Positions 29,272 to 32,000 of a DNA stretch of 32,000 nucleotides are shown piece by piece. Made by a program: the position numbers and the translations under genes. Source of the DNA: Kiritimatiella glycovorans. Lineage in GTDB: Bacteria; Verrucomicrobiota; Kiritimatiellia; Kiritimatiellales; Kiritimatiellaceae. The notes under the pieces are model-generated. The model saw only the letters and a list, made by a program, of their open reading frames with translations, made no database searches and was not told where the DNA came from. The first letter of the stretch is position 1. Each line of letters starts with the position of its first letter. The stretch spans positions 2,520,001-2,552,000 of the forward strand of contig NZ_CP010904.1 in NCBI RefSeq assembly GCF_001017655.1. Reading direction: 5' to 3'.

Positions 29272-31652
29272 GTCCCGGCGGTCAGCAGGAAATGTTCTTC
29301 AGCGGAAAACCGGAGGAGAACAGGCCGGAAAAACCGCCGCGGCGGCCCGACCCGGAACCCGAGCCGGAACCGGACCCGGAACCGGAGACTGAACCCGAAA
29401 AGCCGGAACCGGAAGCCAGACCGACCTCCGAAACGGAATCGGAGCGAAAGACGGTGCAGCCGGAAGACACCCCCGAAGAGCCAAGCCGAACGGACACGAT
29501 GAGCAGCGACGAGAAAAAGAAGACCCGGAAGGCGTCGAAAAAAAAGAGCGCCGGACGCACGGCCAAGCGGAAGCCGGCGCGGAATAAAACCTCCGCTCAC
29601 GCCGCGGCAAAGCCCAAGCCGGAAACCGTAGCATCCTCCGGCGGCTCCGCAGGCGGCAACGGCAAACCTCCGCCGCGCGATCACATCCCCGTGGACCATC
29701 CCCACGGTCCCCTGACGGACCTGATCGATTTCAATTTTCTCCAGTACGCCTCCTACGTCATCTGCGAACGCGCGATCCCGAATCTCATGGACGGGCTCAA
29801 GCCGGTCCAGCGGCGCATCATGCACGCCCTGCACCAGATGGACGACGGGCGCTTTATCAAGGTCGCCAACGTCGTGGGGCACACCATGCAGTTCCACCCG
29901 CACGGCGACATGTCGATCGGCGACGCGCTGGTCGGGCTGGTCAACAAGGAATACCTGATCGAGGGCCAGGGCAACTTCGGGAATCCGTTCACCGGCGATC
30001 CCGCCGCGGCGCCCCGCTATATCGAGTGCCGGCTGACCGAGCTGGCGCGCGCGGAGGTCTTCAACCCGGACCTGACCGAATTTGTGCCGAGTTACGACGG
30101 ACGCAAACAGGAACCGGTCACGCTGCCGGCCAAAGTCCCGCTGCTGCTGATGCTCGGCGCGGAGGGCATCGCGGTGGGCCTCTCCACCCGCATTCCGTCG
30201 CACAATTTCATCGAGCTGCTCGAGGCCCAGATCGAAATCCTCAACGAGAAGAAATCGTCCCCCGCCGCAATTCGCCTCCTGCCCGATTTTCAGTCGGGCG
30301 GCCTGATGGACGCCTCGGAATACGAAAAGGGGCGCGGCAAACTCAAGCTGCGGGCACGCATCGAAAAACGCGGCAAGGGACGTCTGGCGGTCACGGAACT
30401 GCCGGCGGGCCAGACCACCGAATCGCTGATCTCCTCCATCGAAGACGGCGTGAAAAAGAAAAAGGTCCCCGTCCGCAGCATCAGCGACTACACCTCGGAG
30501 AAGATCGAGGTAGAGCTGGTGCTGAACCAGGGCGCGGACCAGGACCGCGCGATCAAGGCGCTGTACGCGTTCACTCACGCGGAGGTCTCGCTCTCGTGCC
30601 GCCCGGTGGTGATCCATCACCGGCGACCGCGCGAAATGGATACGGAGGAGATTCTCCGGGAGAACACGTCCCGCACGCTTGACCTGCTCAAACAGGAACT
30701 CGAGCTGCGGCGGCATAAACTGACCGAGGAGATCCACGCCAAAACCCTCGCCCAGATCTTCATCGAAAACCGCCTCTACAAGAAGATCGAGGAGTGCACA
30801 ACCTGGGACGCGGTACGCAAGGCGGTGTTCAAGGGGCTCACGCCGTTCCGCGACCGGCTCACGCGCGACGTGACGGACGAGGACGTCGACATGCTGCTGG
30901 CGATCCGCATCCGGCGCATCTCGCGGTTCGATATTGAAAAGAACCAGCAGGACATCGAGAAGCTGGCGAAGGAGCTGGCGGAGGTCGAAAAGAACCTCCG
31001 CAACCTCAAGGCCTACGCCGTCCGCTATATCAAGGCCCTGATCAAGAAGTACCGGACCCGCTTCCCCCGCCGTGCGGAGGAGACGACGTTCCAGGAGATC
31101 GAGGTGCGCAAACTTACCTCGCGCGAACTGAAGATCCATCTCGACACGGAAAAGGGGTATCTCGGCAGCCAGGTCAAGGGGGACCCCGTGCTGGAATGTT
31201 CGTCGCTCGACAAACTGATGATTTTCTTCGGCGACGGCCGCTACCGGGTGATGCCGCCTCCGGACACGCTGTTCGTCGACGACCAGCTCTCCTACTGCGG
31301 CAAGTACGATCGCGAGGCCGTCTTCACTGCGGTGTATACCGAGGAGGACAACACGTACGTGAAGCGCTTTGCCGTCGGAGGCGCGATCATGAACCGCGAC
31401 TACCGGTTTGCCCCGGAAGGCGCGAAGGTCATCCTGTTCGAGCCGGGCGAGCCGGACAGGATCTACGTAAAGTACCGCAAACGGAAGAAACAGCGGATCA
31501 ACCAGCAGGCCTTCGATCTGACCGGGCTCGACCGCAAGGGCGCCCGGGCACGCGGCAAGCGGATGACGACCAAACCCGTCGACCGCATCGCCACCGAACC
31601 GGGCCGCTGGTGGAAGACGGACGAGGATTCGCCCGACGGGGTGCTGCTTTAG
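29268..31652 (+). CDS. parC: Type IIA DNA topoisomerase subunit A (ParC-like) with a ~147-aa low-complexity N-terminal extension
   Basis: ATGA overlap with the parE stop. The core runs YASYVICERAIPNLMDGLKPVQRRIMHAL...HPHGDMSIGDALVGLV...GNFGN...AAAPRYIECRL (catalytic Tyr). It is preceded by a PEPEPE-rich acidic segment and then a KKKTRKASKKKSAGRTAKRKPARNK basic segment. Confidence 0.85.
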   Translation: MSPGGQQEMFFSGKPEENRPEKPPRRPDPEPEPEPDPEPETEPEKPEPEARPTSETESERKTVQPEDTPEEPSRTDTMSSDEKKKTRKASKKKSAGRTAKRKPARNKTSAHAAAKPKPETVASSGGSAGGNGKPPPRDHIPVDHPHGPLTDLIDFNFLQYASYVICERAIPNLMDGLKPVQRRIMHALHQMDDGRFIKVANVVGHTMQFHPHGDMSIGDALVGLVNKEYLIEGQGNFGNPFTGDPAAAPRYIECRLTELARAEVFNPDLTEFVPSYDGRKQEPVTLPAKVPLLLMLGAEGIAVGLSTRIPSHNFIELLEAQIEILNEKKSSPAAIRLLPDFQSGGLMDASEYEKGRGKLKLRARIEKRGKGRLAVTELPAGQTTESLISSIEDGVKKKKVPVRSISDYTSEKIEVELVLNQGADQDRAIKALYAFTHAEVSLSCRPVVIHHRRPREMDTEEILRENTSRTLDLLKQELELRRHKLTEEIHAKTLAQIFIENRLYKKIEECTTWDAVRKAVFKGLTPFRDRLTRDVTDEDVDMLLAIRIRRISRFDIEKNQQDIEKLAKELAEVEKNLRNLKAYAVRYIKALIKKYRTRFPRRAEETTFQEIEVRKLTSRELKIHLDTEKGYLGSQVKGDPVLECSSLDKLMIFFGDGRYRVMPPPDTLFVDDQLSYCGKYDREAVFTAVYTEEDNTYVKRFAVGGAIMNRDYRFAPEGAKVILFEPGEPDRIYVKYRKRKKQRINQQAFDLTGLDRKGARARGKRMTTKPVDRIATEPGRWWKTDEDSPDGVLL

Positions 31653-31658
31653 CCGGAG

Positions 31659-32000
31659 CTATTCGTCGCCGCCCAGCAGGCCGGTGCGCACGAGGAAGTA
31701 GAGCAGTGTCATGATCGCCGAGACCGCGGCGGCGAGGTAGGTGAGGAACGCGGCGTTGAGCACCCGCCCCGACTGATCGCGTTCGGAGGGCGAGACGACA
31801 CCGGCGGCCACCATCTGCTGTTTCGCGCGCGCGGTGGCGTCCCATTCGACGGGCAGGGTGATCAGCGAGAACAGCACCGTCACCGCGAACAGGACGATGC
31901 CGATTTTGGCCATCGACATCGCTCCGAAGAAGATGCCGATCAGGATGAAGATATAGGCGGCGTTACTGCTGAGCTGGGTCATCGGCACCATGGCCGTGCG
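31659..32000 (-). CDS. YugP-like putative zinc metallopeptidase, C-terminal part (start lies beyond the right edge)
   Basis: The C-terminal pattern LFSLITLPVEWDATARAKQ...AAFLTYLAAAVSAIMTLLYFLVRTGLLGGDE resembles B. subtilis YugP as I recall it. The frame stays open to position 32000, so the Met at 31991 is probably internal. Confidence 0.75.
   Translation of the reverse strand, partial: RTAMVPMTQLSSNAAYIFILIGIFFGAMSMAKIGIVLFAVTVLFSLITLPVEWDATARAKQQMVAAGVVSPSERDQSGRVLNAAFLTYLAAAVSAIMTLLYFLVRTGLLGGDE

Noticed and set aside
27400-31139. 613-aa and 633-aa minus-strand ORFs (27400-29241 and 29238-31139)
   Set aside because: They are antisense to parE and parC. The products are low-complexity, rich in Arg, Val, Leu and Asp, with no motifs, whereas the sense strand carries complete topoisomerase signatures.

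Overview
High-GC bacterial chromosomal segment. The gene content (a PEP-CTERM protein, a LamG/beta-helix surface protein, a short ParE/ParC-type topoisomerase pair) suggests a PVC-group organism such as Kiritimatiellota, Verrucomicrobiota or Lentisphaerota; this is inference only. I call 26 protein-coding genes, mostly housekeeping: bioA, rsmB, a tandem NDK-like gene, aspC, ldhA, parA, a porin-proVWX osmolyte-uptake operon, a CDF transporter, an LMW phosphatase, rdgB, two ABC ATPases, parE/parC and a YugP-like peptidase. There are also three tRNAs (Thr-UGU, Leu-UAG, Ser-CGA) and the 5' part of a group II intron with its RT, which the ORF track misses because it is open at the left edge. I did not find a convincing new multi-gene protein system: no CRISPR, defence, toxin or secretion cluster. 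The unusual content is mainly non-coding. (1) tRNA-Thr is followed 1,063 bp downstream by a 48-bp copy of its own 3' half. The two copies bracket an AT-richer, integrase-less 1-kb islet that holds a consensus promoter, a perfect 144-bp tandem duplication and tandem 12-mers. (2) Just upstream of tRNA-Thr is a candidate structured RNA with a 14-bp closing helix and two hairpins whose hexaloops are perfectly complementary. (3) At least four unrelated families of intergenic repeats fill most gaps. The group II intron has inserted into one copy, and an uninterrupted paralog at 8353/8354 serves as an in-window empty site. Protein-level oddities are a ParC with a ~147-aa acidic-then-basic N-terminal extension, a doubled NDK fold whose first domain lacks the catalytic His, and an LdhA with a Cys-rich tail. 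Many long ORFs in the supplied track are antisense or off-frame artefacts of GC-rich DNA. All coordinates were cross-checked against ORF-track anchors. All homology statements rest on my reading of the translations, not on database searches.
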